DNA of 64,000 nucleotides from an uncultured Eubacteriales bacterium (GCA_964454355.1 CAYVTA010000002.1:8428-72427), one strand, 5' to 3'. Positions 51,201 through 60,893 are shown, numbered from the stretch's first letter. The notes: generated by a model from the letters alone, not told the origin. Program-made: numbers and translations.

Positions 51201-51394
51201 ATGTCTTTATCGGAAATAATGTTTTTCGCAGCAGAGCTTATCGGCACTGCTGCATTTTTCATTGCAGGCACTTAAGTTGCGATTCGTCTTAAACTTGATT
51301 ATTCGGTGCTGTTGTTGTAAGTGTCAACACTGCCATTTCAAACGGTTTTAGCGACAATGCATTTCTGTCTATATGTGTCGGTGTTCTGGCATAA
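51201..51394 (+). pseudogene. Decayed UPF0126 (YadS/YicG, TRIC-like channel) gene remnant
   Basis: The ATG lies 2 nt after the GH35 stop. The reading is MSLSEIMFFAAELIGTAAFFIAGT*, then in frame VAIRLKLDY, then a +2 frame shift to FGAVVVSVNTAISNGFSDNAFL. This tracks the family pattern IGT.AFAISG....KLD.FGV.V.G..TA.GGG..RD, but with an in-frame TAA at 51273-51275, a frameshift near 51300, degraded GGG/RD residues, and only about one third of the expected length. Confidence 0.55.
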
Positions 51395-51516
51395 AAATAA
51401 TCAGTTTTATTCACCGTTACTATATACTTAATCATATCAAGTTAAATATTGCATAAAAATGATTATTTTTAATAAACAGATGTTTTTAACATTCCTATTT
51501 TTGGCGGTTTTTACTA

Positions 51517-51545
51517 TTGCGAATTCAGTCGTTTAAGAGTAATAT
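51517..51545 (+). promoter_or_regulatory. Candidate sigma-A promoter of typA
   Basis: TTGCGA-17 nt-TAATAT, about 45 nt upstream of the TTG start. Confidence 0.45.
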
Positions 51546-51589
51546 ATATCTAAATGTAATATATAATAAATATAACAGAAGGTGTTATT

Positions 51590-53413
51590 TTGAATACTGC
51601 ACAGGATATAAGAAATATTGCTATTATCGCTCACGTTGACCATGGTAAGACAACACTTGTTGACCAAATGCTTCATCAAAGCGGTACATTCAGAGTTAAT
51701 GAACAGGTTGCTGAACGTGTCATGGACTCCAACGACCTTGAAAAAGAAAGAGGAATTACCATTCTTTCAAAAAACACTTCCGTTCATTATAATGGAGTAA
51801 AAATCAATATTATAGACACTCCCGGTCATGCTGATTTCGGCGGTGAAGTTGAACGTATAATGACAATGGTTGACGGTGTTCTTCTGCTTGTTGATGCATT
51901 TGAAGGTTGTATGCCACAGACACGCTTCGTGCTTTCAAAAGCCCTTGCTCTTAAGAAAAAACCGCTTGTAGTTATCAACAAAATCGATCGTCCCGGTGCA
52001 AGACCTGCCGAAGTTGTTGACGAAGTTCTTGACCTTTTCATTGAACTTGGAGCAGATGATGATCAGATTGAATTTCCTGTTGTTTACGCTTCAGCAAGAG
52101 AGGGTTATTCTTCACTCAATCCTGAAGACAGACAGGGAGATATGCAACCTCTGCTTCAAGCTATTATTGATAACATTGACTCCCCCGACGGTGATGAAGA
52201 GCAGCCCTTGCAGCTTCTTTTTTCCAGTCTTGATTATGATGAATATGTAGGCAGAATCGGCGTAGGTAAGGTTGAACGAGGCAAAGTCAAGATGGGGCAA
52301 AATATTGTTATCTGCAAGCAGGATGGTACAACACAGAATGTCAAAGTCTCAAGACTTTATCAGTTTGAAGGGCTCAGACGAGTTGAAGTTGAAAACGCAA
52401 AAGCCGGTGATATAGTAGCCGTTTCAGGAATTGAAGGGCTTAACATCGGTGAAACAATCTGCGACCCGACCTGCATCGAACCACTCCCCTTTGTGAAAAT
52501 TGATGAGCCAACAATTTCAATGAATTTTATCGTAAATGACAGCCCATTTGCAGGACAGGAAGGAAAATTTGTCACATCAAGAAATATTCGTGCAAGACTT
52601 TTCAAGGAAGTAGAAACAAACGTAAGCATGAGAGTTGAAGAAACAGAAAACACAGACACTTTCAAAGTTTCAGGCAGAGGCGAGCTTCATCTTTCAATCC
52701 TCATAGAGACTATGAGAAGACAGGGCTATGAATTTGCTGTTTCAAGACCAAAGGTTATCCTCAAAAAAGGCAAAAACGGAGAAACTCTTGAACCGATGGA
52801 GCTTCTCATTGTTGAAGTTCCCGAGGCTTATGTGGGTGCAGTTATGGAAAAAATCGGTTCAAGAAAAGGCGAACTTGAAGACATGAGCATCCGTGACGGC
52901 GGAACTACACATCTTGAATTTAAAATTCCCGCAAGAGGACTTATCGGATACAGAAGTGAATTTCTTACTGACACAAACGGTTACGGTGTCATGAACAATC
53001 TTTTTGCCGGCTATGAACCCTTTAAGGGCGAGATTCAGACTCGTGACAGAGGTTCAATCGTAGTTCATGAAACAGGTGAAAGCACAGCCTACGGTCTTTT
53101 TAATACACAAGACAGAGGCAGACTGTTCATCGGCCCCGGCGTACCTGTTTATGAAGGAATGATCTGTGGCGAATGCTCAAAGAATGAAGACATCGTATGC
53201 AATGTCTGTAAGAAAAAACAGATGACAAATACACGTGCAGCAGGCTCAGATGATGCACTTCGCCTTGTTCCTCATTCAACACTCAGTCTTGAGCAGAGCA
53301 TGGAATTTTTAAGCGAAGACGAGCTCCTTGAAGTCACCCCGAAAAGTCTTCGTTTGAGAAAAATGATTCTTTCAAAAGAACTCAGACTCAAACAGCAGTA
53401 CAGAAGAAAATAA
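51590..53413 (+). CDS. typA: Translational GTPase TypA/BipA
   Basis: [23 protein letters not shown]1 motif, [17 protein letters not shown], 607 aa. TTG start 7 nt after GAAGGTG. Confidence 0.95.
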   Translation: MNTAQDIRNIAIIAHVDHGKTTLVDQMLHQSGTFRVNEQVAERVMDSNDLEKERGITILSKNTSVHYNGVKINIIDTPGHADFGGEVERIMTMVDGVLLLVDAFEGCMPQTRFVLSKALALKKKPLVVINKIDRPGARPAEVVDEVLDLFIELGADDDQIEFPVVYASAREGYSSLNPEDRQGDMQPLLQAIIDNIDSPDGDEEQPLQLLFSSLDYDEYVGRIGVGKVERGKVKMGQNIVICKQDGTTQNVKVSRLYQFEGLRRVEVENAKAGDIVAVSGIEGLNIGETICDPTCIEPLPFVKIDEPTISMNFIVNDSPFAGQEGKFVTSRNIRARLFKEVETNVSMRVEETENTDTFKVSGRGELHLSILIETMRRQGYEFAVSRPKVILKKGKNGETLEPMELLIVEVPEAYVGAVMEKIGSRKGELEDMSIRDGGTTHLEFKIPARGLIGYRSEFLTDTNGYGVMNNLFAGYEPFKGEIQTRDRGSIVVHETGESTAYGLFNTQDRGRLFIGPGVPVYEGMICGECSKNEDIVCNVCKKKQMTNTRAAGSDDALRLVPHSTLSLEQSMEFLSEDELLEVTPKSLRLRKMILSKELRLKQQYRRK

Positions 53414-53425
53414 TAAAGAACAGTT

Positions 53426-53480
53426 AAATAATGCGTAATCAATTTCAGACTCAAGTCTTTCATTGGTTACGCATTATTTT
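53426..53480. terminator. Structured element or terminator between convergent typA and the SGNH-like gene
   Basis: The outer arms AAATAATGCGTAA and TTACGCATTATTT pair. They enclose an inner AGAC-TCAA-GTCT hairpin. Confidence 0.45.
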
Positions 53481-53493
53481 AATATATATCCCT

Positions 53494-54978
53494 TTATCTT
53501 ACAAACTTTCCTGTTGTATAACTGAATCCGATTGAATCAACCGTTGATTCTGTAAGCGTATCATAAACGTAAATGTTTATTCCCTCAACAACCTTAGTTT
53601 GATCGCTTTTGTTAACAAAAGTCTTTTTTGAATACAATATTTTTCCGTCTTCTGTTTCATCGTCTGACTTAATCTGCACTGACGTTGTTTTTACATGAGC
53701 GGTATGAGATTTACTCAGCCGTATAGACTTAGAATAGTCGGTATTACTAAAATCTTCATAATCGGAAAGCTCTCCGTTTTTAAAGACCCATAATCCACCG
53801 GTCTTGTAATCGGTGATACCTAAAGATAAAAAAAACATATATGCAGCATCTTTTGTACTGTTAGACAAAGAATCATAATCATCGCAGGTATGCGTTACGA
53901 TAATTGTATATCTATCATTATCAAAAACGGACAAATATCCTCCTAATGACTCTATTTTTTTTACATTATGATTTTCAAGTTGATCATAATAAACCTCTGC
54001 ATCAGCATCCCATGCGGAATAACGCTGGTTTCCTCTTTTGTCCGGAACTGTATATTCCATGGTAATAAGCTCACCGAAAAAGTTTGTAAGCTTTGTGTTT
54101 CCAAGATGATTAAGGTGCTGATTGTCAGCAAAATCCGTGCTGTAATCAATGCCTAAAGCTTCTTTGTATTCTCTAAGGAAATTATAAAAAGGTACACCAT
54201 ATTCCTCTGCAATACGCTGAGCTTCGTTGATATATTTTATATTGAAGCTGTCTGCTTTGAAAGGAATTGCAGTTATAAGCAGTGTAATACCTTCACTTTG
54301 AGCCAACTCAATAATTTTTCTGTAATAATTCTCTGTTTTTTCTGGCAACTCACTGCATTCCGTCAGTTCGGTATAATCGTTATCAGCAACATTTTCAGTA
54401 TTAAAAGAACAATAGAAACCCATATGGTTTTCATACATTGCCTTCTTACCCTGATAAAAATAAAAATCGTTCTGTGAAAGGTCTGAATACCTTGAATGAT
54501 ACTGCAACAAACTGAAAAAGTACTGATATCCGGTATTTTCAGTGTCAAAGCTTGCATTTATTGCATCAACCTTAGTCTGAGACCACTTTAGACCGTAAGT
54601 GTTTTTTATTGCATAGCTTGATTCACTGTATTCATCAGATACATAAAGCATATAAGTATCAAGAATGATTACTTTTGGAGATTGTGTCTTAAGTGCTTCT
54701 TCAAGGTAATAATATGTGTTCCATATAGGCTGTGCCGGACCACACAAATTAAAAGTTGAATAGCCAAACTCTTTCCACATTATTGCCGTATTTATACCCT
54801 GATAGGCATGACTGGAACCCAGCACAAGGACATCAACCGTATCGTCTTCAAGCCTGTAAAATGATTCTAACTTGTATGTACTGTCAAGATATTTAAAACT
54901 TAGTGCATAATTGGATACAGAAAATAAAAGCACAAAGACAAGCAGAAAAGATGTAATTTTAAAAAATTTTTTAACCAT
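53494..54978 (-). CDS. SGNH/DltD-like O-acyltransferase partner protein (membrane-anchored, extracytoplasmic)
   Basis: N-terminal TM segment KITSFLLVFVLLFSVSNYAL. VLVLGSSHAYQG (block I-like) and DNQHLNHLG (DxxH block V-like). An extra C-terminal domain of about 150 aa. It starts 16 nt downstream of the MBOAT gene. Confidence 0.55.
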   Translation of the reverse strand: MVKKFFKITSFLLVFVLLFSVSNYALSFKYLDSTYKLESFYRLEDDTVDVLVLGSSHAYQGINTAIMWKEFGYSTFNLCGPAQPIWNTYYYLEEALKTQSPKVIILDTYMLYVSDEYSESSYAIKNTYGLKWSQTKVDAINASFDTENTGYQYFFSLLQYHSRYSDLSQNDFYFYQGKKAMYENHMGFYCSFNTENVADNDYTELTECSELPEKTENYYRKIIELAQSEGITLLITAIPFKADSFNIKYINEAQRIAEEYGVPFYNFLREYKEALGIDYSTDFADNQHLNHLGNTKLTNFFGELITMEYTVPDKRGNQRYSAWDADAEVYYDQLENHNVKKIESLGGYLSVFDNDRYTIIVTHTCDDYDSLSNSTKDAAYMFFLSLGITDYKTGGLWVFKNGELSDYEDFSNTDYSKSIRLSKSHTAHVKTTSVQIKSDDETEDGKILYSKKTFVNKSDQTKVVEGINIYVYDTLTESTVDSIGFSYTTGKFVR

Positions 54979-54994
54979 TTTTTTTCACCGTAAG

Positions 54995-56497
54995 TTAAAA
55001 TTGGAAATAGATAAATTCCTGAGCATCGAAGTTATATCCGTATGCACCAAAAATTATTACTGCAAAAATCAGAGTCATAATTATAAGACCACGCACCCAG
55101 AAATTCTGATTATCTGCAATATTTTCAAAGCGTATATTCCTTTTATATTTGAGAATATCCACAATAAGCATCACTGCAACAGCAATAAGCAAAATATTCA
55201 TTTCCTGCCTCTCAAGACCGAGTGAATAAATTACACCTGTTGTAAGAGCCCAAGGATTAATCTGAGTAAAAATTCTGGCAATATAATCGGCTGCAATATA
55301 AATTGTATCAGCTCTGAAGAATACCCAAGCAAGGCAGGTAAGTGCAAATGTTATCAATATTTTAACGCCTTTATAGGACAATGCCTGCGTTCTGACATTA
55401 AACTTTGTCGTAATTTTATCCTTTATCGGTTTTGTGATATCACCGATGACCTGATAAGCACCGTGAAGAGCTCCCCAAACGACAAAAGTCCAGTTAGCAC
55501 CGTGCCATAAACCGCTGACAAGAAAAACGATCATAGTGTTAAGATATTTTCTGAATTTTCCTTTTCTGTTACCGCCCAAAGGAATGTAAAGGTAATCTCG
55601 AAACCAAGTAGATAATGAAATATGCCATCTTCGCCAAAATTCTTTGATAGACATTGCAAAATAAGGAGTGTCAAAGTTATCCATCAGCTTAAAGCCCATA
55701 ATTTGTGCTGCTCCAACAGCAATGGTAGAATAACTTGCAAAATCACAATATATCTGAATTGCAAACATAACAACAGCCGTAATCAGCTCAAAGGAACCGT
55801 AAGCATAATATTGTTCAAATACTGTGTTTACAACAGTTGCCGATCTATCAGCAATGACAACTTTGAGGAAGAATCCCCACATCATTATCATAAAACCTTT
55901 GACTATTCGTTCATAATTCCACAGATTTATCTTGTCTGCATTTTTAAGCTGATTAATAAGATTTCCCGAACGCTCAATAGGACCGGCAACTAACTGTGGA
56001 AAAAACGATACAAAAAGAGCATATCTGAACAAATTATATTCTGCAGTAATATCTTTTCTGTAGACATCCATAACATAGCCTAATGCTTGGAAGGTATAGA
56101 AGGATATTCCTACAGGAAGCAGGAAATTAAATTCAGTTTCAATGACCGATATCCCTATTTGATTCAGAACTACATTTAGATTGTCTATTGCAAAATCCAA
56201 ATATTTAAACATAAACAAAATCGAAAGGTTGACAGCCATAGCAACAAACAATGTAAACCGTTTCATATACAGCCATATCTTGTCTGTTTCATTATGCATT
56301 TGCTGGATTATTAGTGCACATAGGTATGTCACAACTGTAGAAAAAGCAATAAGAATTGCATAGGTTGGATTCCAACTCATATAAAAATAGTAGCTGGCAA
56401 CAAGCAACCATAAATAACGTAATTTTTTCGGTATTATAAAATATACCAACAACACTATTGGAAAGAAGACTAAAAAATGAATTGAATTGAATTGCAT
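54995..56497 (-). CDS. MBOAT-family membrane O-acyltransferase (AlgI/DltB/PatA-like)
   Basis: MQFNSIHFLVFFPIVLLVYF N-terminus, FWRRWHISLSTWFRDYLYIPLGGNR, and VSGLWHGANW (conserved His). Confidence 0.9.
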   Translation of the reverse strand: MQFNSIHFLVFFPIVLLVYFIIPKKLRYLWLLVASYYFYMSWNPTYAILIAFSTVVTYLCALIIQQMHNETDKIWLYMKRFTLFVAMAVNLSILFMFKYLDFAIDNLNVVLNQIGISVIETEFNFLLPVGISFYTFQALGYVMDVYRKDITAEYNLFRYALFVSFFPQLVAGPIERSGNLINQLKNADKINLWNYERIVKGFMIMMWGFFLKVVIADRSATVVNTVFEQYYAYGSFELITAVVMFAIQIYCDFASYSTIAVGAAQIMGFKLMDNFDTPYFAMSIKEFWRRWHISLSTWFRDYLYIPLGGNRKGKFRKYLNTMIVFLVSGLWHGANWTFVVWGALHGAYQVIGDITKPIKDKITTKFNVRTQALSYKGVKILITFALTCLAWVFFRADTIYIAADYIARIFTQINPWALTTGVIYSLGLERQEMNILLIAVAVMLIVDILKYKRNIRFENIADNQNFWVRGLIIMTLIFAVIIFGAYGYNFDAQEFIYFQF

Positions 56498-56562
56498 AAT
56501 ATTTTCCTTTTTAATATAATAACTTAATTTATATTTTAATATAAATTAAGTGAAAAATCAAT

Positions 56563-56601
56563 AGAAAAAAAGAAGCAGTGCGAATTTTTCACACTGCTTC
56601 T
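56563..56601 (-). terminator. Intrinsic terminator of the secreted ceramidase-like gene
   Basis: Minus strand reads AGAAGCAGTG-N11-CACTGCTTCT followed by TTTTTTTC. Confidence 0.8.
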
Positions 56602-56618
56602 GAAATTATTTAATTTTG

Positions 56619-58361
56619 TTATCTTACGCTGTCGTAGAGATCATAAATTGCTCCGTAAACATCAGATGCTGCATTTGAACCGATTGATGTAAGACCCCAG
56701 CTATCTGCAAGTGAGAAGTCAGAATCAACTCTGAAGTAAACGAAATCGTTGTCAGGCATAATATAACCGAGAGCGTCATTCATAAGATCGAATACGAGAA
56801 TATCATCATCTTCGTCCGCCATAATGTCATATGCACAATCATAAACGAAATCAGCCATATTTTCGCCGCCTATGATAAGTTCAGCATATGTCTCACCGGG
56901 GCAAATGATAACTTTAATGTTTTCACCAAGCTCCATGTATCCGACTTCTGTTGCGGCTGTAACATTACCTTTAGAATCTTTATACATTACATTGTTTGCA
57001 AGTGAAAGCTTACCAAACAGCTTGTAAACACCATTTGTAACTTCTACTGTCATAGCCTGAAGCTTGATATTGAGGATAGGAGCAACATCCTCAGCAACAA
57101 CTGCTTCCCAGCCTTCATACCAGATTGTGCAATTCTCGCTTGCAAGTGCCTCTTCAGTGTAGTCATTGGTGTAAAGCTCACCTTCTGCATATGCTGCTGC
57201 GATTTCTTCTTCTGTCATGCCTGTAGCAACAGCGATAAGAATGTTACCGATTTCATGACCGTAACGGATTGTAGCATCAACTCTGTCAAGATCAAGACCG
57301 TCACTTGCAGAACCGTTTTCTTCTGTGTATGTACCTACGGAACCTTGCATATAAAGATAATTGTAGCCTGCATTATTAAGAGTCTCTTCTGTGTAATAAA
57401 TAAAGTCAGATGTTATAAGCTTTGTGCCGTATCCGATACACTCGGGATGGCAACCAAAGTTGGAAATAACAGTGCCCGTTGAACCGTCATCGGGTGTAAA
57501 CATAAGGCAATACATATCTTCAAGCATAATTTCGGGATCTGTACGGTCACGAACATAATCAGATATGTCTGTCTTAGCATATGTAAGAGTACCTTCAGTC
57601 ATTGTTGCAACAGCTTGCTTAACACAAGCTACAGTCTGAGCCTGAATGGTTGCAAGAAGGTCCGTGTCAACAGGATCACAAAGATTATCACTGCCAACAA
57701 TAGCACCAAAAAGATTCTGGAAAACATGACTGAATGTATTTGTGTAAATACCCTGTGTATCAATACCGCTATGAACATGGGTTGCGGAAACATTAATGCT
57801 TGTAAAATCAACATCGGGAAGAGCAGCAGCAACAGCAGCTCTGATGTTCTTTACGTCATCATTTGCAAGGCCAAGACAATCAACAACAGCAAATACGGTA
57901 ACACCTCTGCCGCTACCGTCATCAAGAGCAATAACTCTTACCTTGAGGTCATCAATGCACTCGGAAAGCTGAAGGTTGATATCATAGCCGCCCTTATAAT
58001 ACTTACCGGTACTGAAATCAGCAGGAAGGATTGAAGCGTTTGCATAACCGAGGCTCCACTGAGCTCCTTCTGCAGCTTCGTCGATAAATGTATCTGTGCC
58101 GTCATAGAAATTCTCATCTGCATAGTCAGCGTATGCTGAAGGATCTTCAACCTTAACTGTAGCAGGAATAACACCTGAAATAAGGTTCAGAAGTGCATCA
58201 ACAGCCTTATTGAGACCTGTTGTAATTACCTGAGCAACGGTCGTCATTACAGAGCTCTGTGTTTCAGCAGAAGTTGAAGCAGCAGAAGCACCTATAACAG
58301 TTGAAAACATCATTGCAACGCACATTACAACAGCAACAATAGTCTTTGTTCTTTTTTTCAT
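56619..58361 (-). CDS. Secreted neutral/alkaline ceramidase-like hydrolase (paralog of 2814..4259)
   Basis: Signal peptide MKKRTKTIVAVVMCVAMMFSTVIGASA starting at the ATG at 58361. VIALDDGSGRGVTVFAVVDCLGLANDDVKNIR...INVSATHVHSGIDTQG. Colinear similarity to the first paralog, including the C-terminal GE..PEL..GG and PNDF blocks. Confidence 0.5.
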   Translation of the reverse strand: MKKRTKTIVAVVMCVAMMFSTVIGASAASTSAETQSSVMTTVAQVITTGLNKAVDALLNLISGVIPATVKVEDPSAYADYADENFYDGTDTFIDEAAEGAQWSLGYANASILPADFSTGKYYKGGYDINLQLSECIDDLKVRVIALDDGSGRGVTVFAVVDCLGLANDDVKNIRAAVAAALPDVDFTSINVSATHVHSGIDTQGIYTNTFSHVFQNLFGAIVGSDNLCDPVDTDLLATIQAQTVACVKQAVATMTEGTLTYAKTDISDYVRDRTDPEIMLEDMYCLMFTPDDGSTGTVISNFGCHPECIGYGTKLITSDFIYYTEETLNNAGYNYLYMQGSVGTYTEENGSASDGLDLDRVDATIRYGHEIGNILIAVATGMTEEEIAAAYAEGELYTNDYTEEALASENCTIWYEGWEAVVAEDVAPILNIKLQAMTVEVTNGVYKLFGKLSLANNVMYKDSKGNVTAATEVGYMELGENIKVIICPGETYAELIIGGENMADFVYDCAYDIMADEDDDILVFDLMNDALGYIMPDNDFVYFRVDSDFSLADSWGLTSIGSNAASDVYGAIYDLYDSVR

Positions 58362-58487
58362 AAATATCACTGCCTTATAAATTTTATTCGGGTAAATTAT
58401 ACCACTACTTTTGTCAAATTGCAATAGTAAATAAAATAATTTAAAGGTTTGTATAAAAATTATAACATTTTAATGCATAAGCTCAAC

Positions 58488-58513
58488 AAAAAAGCTCCCG
58501 AAATGTTCGGGAG
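58488..58513 (-). terminator. Intrinsic terminator of htpG
   Basis: Minus strand reads CTCCCGAA-CAT-TTCGGGAG followed by CTTTTTTG. Confidence 0.85.
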
Positions 58514-58521
58514 TTTCTATA

Positions 58522-60393
58522 TTAAATCATCAATCCGCTTATCAGACTGCTGAATTCAGCAGGGTCATCAATCGAGAGTCCGCCGATAAGCCTTGCCTGC
58601 ATATAAAGCAGTTTTGCGTATTTGCCAAGCGTTTCATCATCAAGGGTTTTGAGCTTCTCCGCAATGGGATGGTTTGCGTTGATTTCCAAAACGGTTTCCG
58701 CTTTGATACCGTTTGCATTAGGCATTGTATTGAGCACCTTTTCCATCTCAGTTGAAAGCATTCCTTCGCTTGTTAAACATGCAGGATGGTTTTTGAGAGC
58801 GTTTGTAAAACGGACACTGTTTACACCGTCACCGATAGCCTCACTCATTTTGTCAAGAATTTCTTTAGCATCTTCATTTGTCTTTTTAAGCACTTCTTTT
58901 TCTTCATCTGTATCAAGATCAAGCTTATCAGCACAAACATTTACAAAATTCTTATCCTCGTAATTCATAAGCATCTGAATTGCAAATTCATCAACATTAT
59001 CTGTAAAATAAAGAATTTCATATCCCTTATCTTTAACAGCTTCCACCTGAGGAAGCATATCAATTTTTGTTTTTGTTTCGCCGCAAGCATAGTAAATGCT
59101 TTCCTGACCGTCCTTCATTCTGTCAACATACTCATTGAGCGTTGAAAGCTTGTCTTCATAGGAAGAAACAAACATAATAAGATCCTGTAAAGTTTCTTTG
59201 TTAGCTCCATAGCCTTCATAAAGACCGTATTTAAGCTGAACGCCAAAAGATTTATAAAACTCTTCGTAAGTTTCTCTATCCTTTTTAAGCATTGATGAAA
59301 GCTCGGACTTGATTTTTTTCTCAACAGTCTTCGCAATGAGCTTAAGCTGATAATCATGCTGCAGGACTTCACGGGAAATATTAAGTGTAAGGTCAGCACT
59401 GTCAACAAGACCTTTTACAAAGCTGAAATAGTCAGGAAGCAGTTCAGCACACTTATCCATAATAAGAACGCCGTTTGAATAAAGCTGAAGTCCTTTTTCA
59501 AAGCTCTTTGAATAATAGTCATAGGGTGCTTTTTTAGGAATAAAGAGCAATGAATCATAAGTGGCCTGACCTTCAACCTTTGAGTGAATAACTCTTGCAG
59601 GGTTTTCATAATCATAGAACTTATCTTTATAAAATGACTCGTACTCTTCCTGCTGAATCTCGCTCTTATTTTTTCTCCATAATGGAATCATACTGTTAAG
59701 AGTTTTAACTTCTGAATATGTTTCAAACTCATTCTCGCTGTCTTCAACAGGTCTTGTGAGCTGAACTTCCATTGTAATGGGATAGCGAATGTAATCGGAA
59801 TATTTTTTTATAATTGTACTGAGTCTGTATGTTTCAAGATAATCGGAATATTTTTCCTCTTGAGTATCTTCTTTCAGATACATGGTAATTACAGTACCCG
59901 CTTCCGCTTTTTCAGCTTTTTCTATTGTATACCCCTCTGCTCCTTCGCTTGTCCAAAGATGAGCTTCATCACTGCCAAAGGCACGGCTGAGGACTGTAAC
60001 TTTATCACTTACCATAAAAGCGGAATAGAAGCCTACACCGAACTGACCGATAATTTCAACATCGCTCTTTTCGTCCATGTCATTTTTAAAATCCAGTGAA
60101 CCGCTTTTTGCAATCGTGCCAAGATTGTTTTCAAGTTCTTCTGCGGTCATGCCACAGCCATTATCTGTAACGGTAATTGTTCTGTTCTCTTTATCCGGGG
60201 TGATAGTGATTTTAAAATCGCTTTTATCCATACCGACAGAATCATCGGTAAGTGAACGGAAATACAGCTTATCGATAGCATCGCTGGCATTTGAAATAAT
60301 TTCACGCAGAAAAATCTCTTTGTGAGTGTAAATAGAGTTAATCATCATATCAAGCAATTTTTTAGATTCAGCTTTGAATTGCTTTTTTTTCAT
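58522..60393 (-). CDS. htpG: Molecular chaperone HtpG (Hsp90)
   Basis: FKAESKKLLDMMINSIYTHKEIFLREIISNASDAIDKL and GQFGVGFYSAFMV, 623 aa. Confidence 0.95.
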   Translation of the reverse strand: MKKKQFKAESKKLLDMMINSIYTHKEIFLREIISNASDAIDKLYFRSLTDDSVGMDKSDFKITITPDKENRTITVTDNGCGMTAEELENNLGTIAKSGSLDFKNDMDEKSDVEIIGQFGVGFYSAFMVSDKVTVLSRAFGSDEAHLWTSEGAEGYTIEKAEKAEAGTVITMYLKEDTQEEKYSDYLETYRLSTIIKKYSDYIRYPITMEVQLTRPVEDSENEFETYSEVKTLNSMIPLWRKNKSEIQQEEYESFYKDKFYDYENPARVIHSKVEGQATYDSLLFIPKKAPYDYYSKSFEKGLQLYSNGVLIMDKCAELLPDYFSFVKGLVDSADLTLNISREVLQHDYQLKLIAKTVEKKIKSELSSMLKKDRETYEEFYKSFGVQLKYGLYEGYGANKETLQDLIMFVSSYEDKLSTLNEYVDRMKDGQESIYYACGETKTKIDMLPQVEAVKDKGYEILYFTDNVDEFAIQMLMNYEDKNFVNVCADKLDLDTDEEKEVLKKTNEDAKEILDKMSEAIGDGVNSVRFTNALKNHPACLTSEGMLSTEMEKVLNTMPNANGIKAETVLEINANHPIAEKLKTLDDETLGKYAKLLYMQARLIGGLSIDDPAEFSSLISGLMI

Positions 60394-60416
60394 TTTATTT
60401 CACCTTGCAAAAAATA

Positions 60417-60443
60417 TTAGCACTCTCAAACTACGAGTGCTAA
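60417..60443 (-). promoter_or_regulatory. CIRCE element (HrcA operator)
   Basis: TTAGCACTC-tcaaactac-GAGTGCTAA matches the 9-N9-9 consensus exactly. It lies immediately downstream of the htpG -10 box. Confidence 0.9.
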
Positions 60444-60448
60444 TATTT

Positions 60449-60476
60449 AGTATACTCCGTTTTTTTCGTTTGTCAA
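60449..60476 (-). promoter_or_regulatory. Sigma-A promoter of htpG
   Basis: Minus strand reads TTGACA-16 nt-TATACT. CIRCE starts 5 nt downstream of the -10. Confidence 0.6.
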
Positions 60477-60539
60477 CAGTTTTTTTGAAAATTTTTTCCT
60501 GATGTTTACAAATCATGGAAAGTGCAGAGCTTCTCTAAA

Positions 60540-60893
60540 TTATTTAGACTTTGGTTTTGTAAATATCGACACGACCAAACCGGAAAGCAAGGCCGCCATA
60601 ACGCCTGCCGAACAAGCGGTAAGAGGTCCGGTCAACGCACCTAAGAGTCCTTGCTCGTCAATTGCTTTCTTTGTGCCTTCAACAAGAGTATGCCCGAAGC
60701 CGGTAAGCGGTACAGTTGCTCCCGAGCCTGAAAATTCCTTTATAGGTTCATACAGTCCCAGTGCAGAAAGCACAACACCTGCAACAACAAATCCGACAAG
60801 TATTCTGCCGGGGGTAAGTTTTGTATTATCTATCAATATTTGTCCGACTACACAAATAAGCCCGCCTACAACAAATGCTTTAAGAAACATCAT
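60540..60893 (-). CDS. spoVAE: Stage V sporulation protein AE (SpoVAEB-type, 117 aa)
   Basis: FLKAFVVGGLICVVGQILID..LTPGRILV...GSGATVPLTGFGHTL....FTKPK is colinear with B. subtilis SpoVAEB as I recall it. GAGGTG RBS. Confidence 0.85.
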   Translation of the reverse strand: MMFLKAFVVGGLICVVGQILIDNTKLTPGRILVGFVVAGVVLSALGLYEPIKEFSGSGATVPLTGFGHTLVEGTKKAIDEQGLLGALTGPLTACSAGVMAALLSGLVVSIFTKPKSK

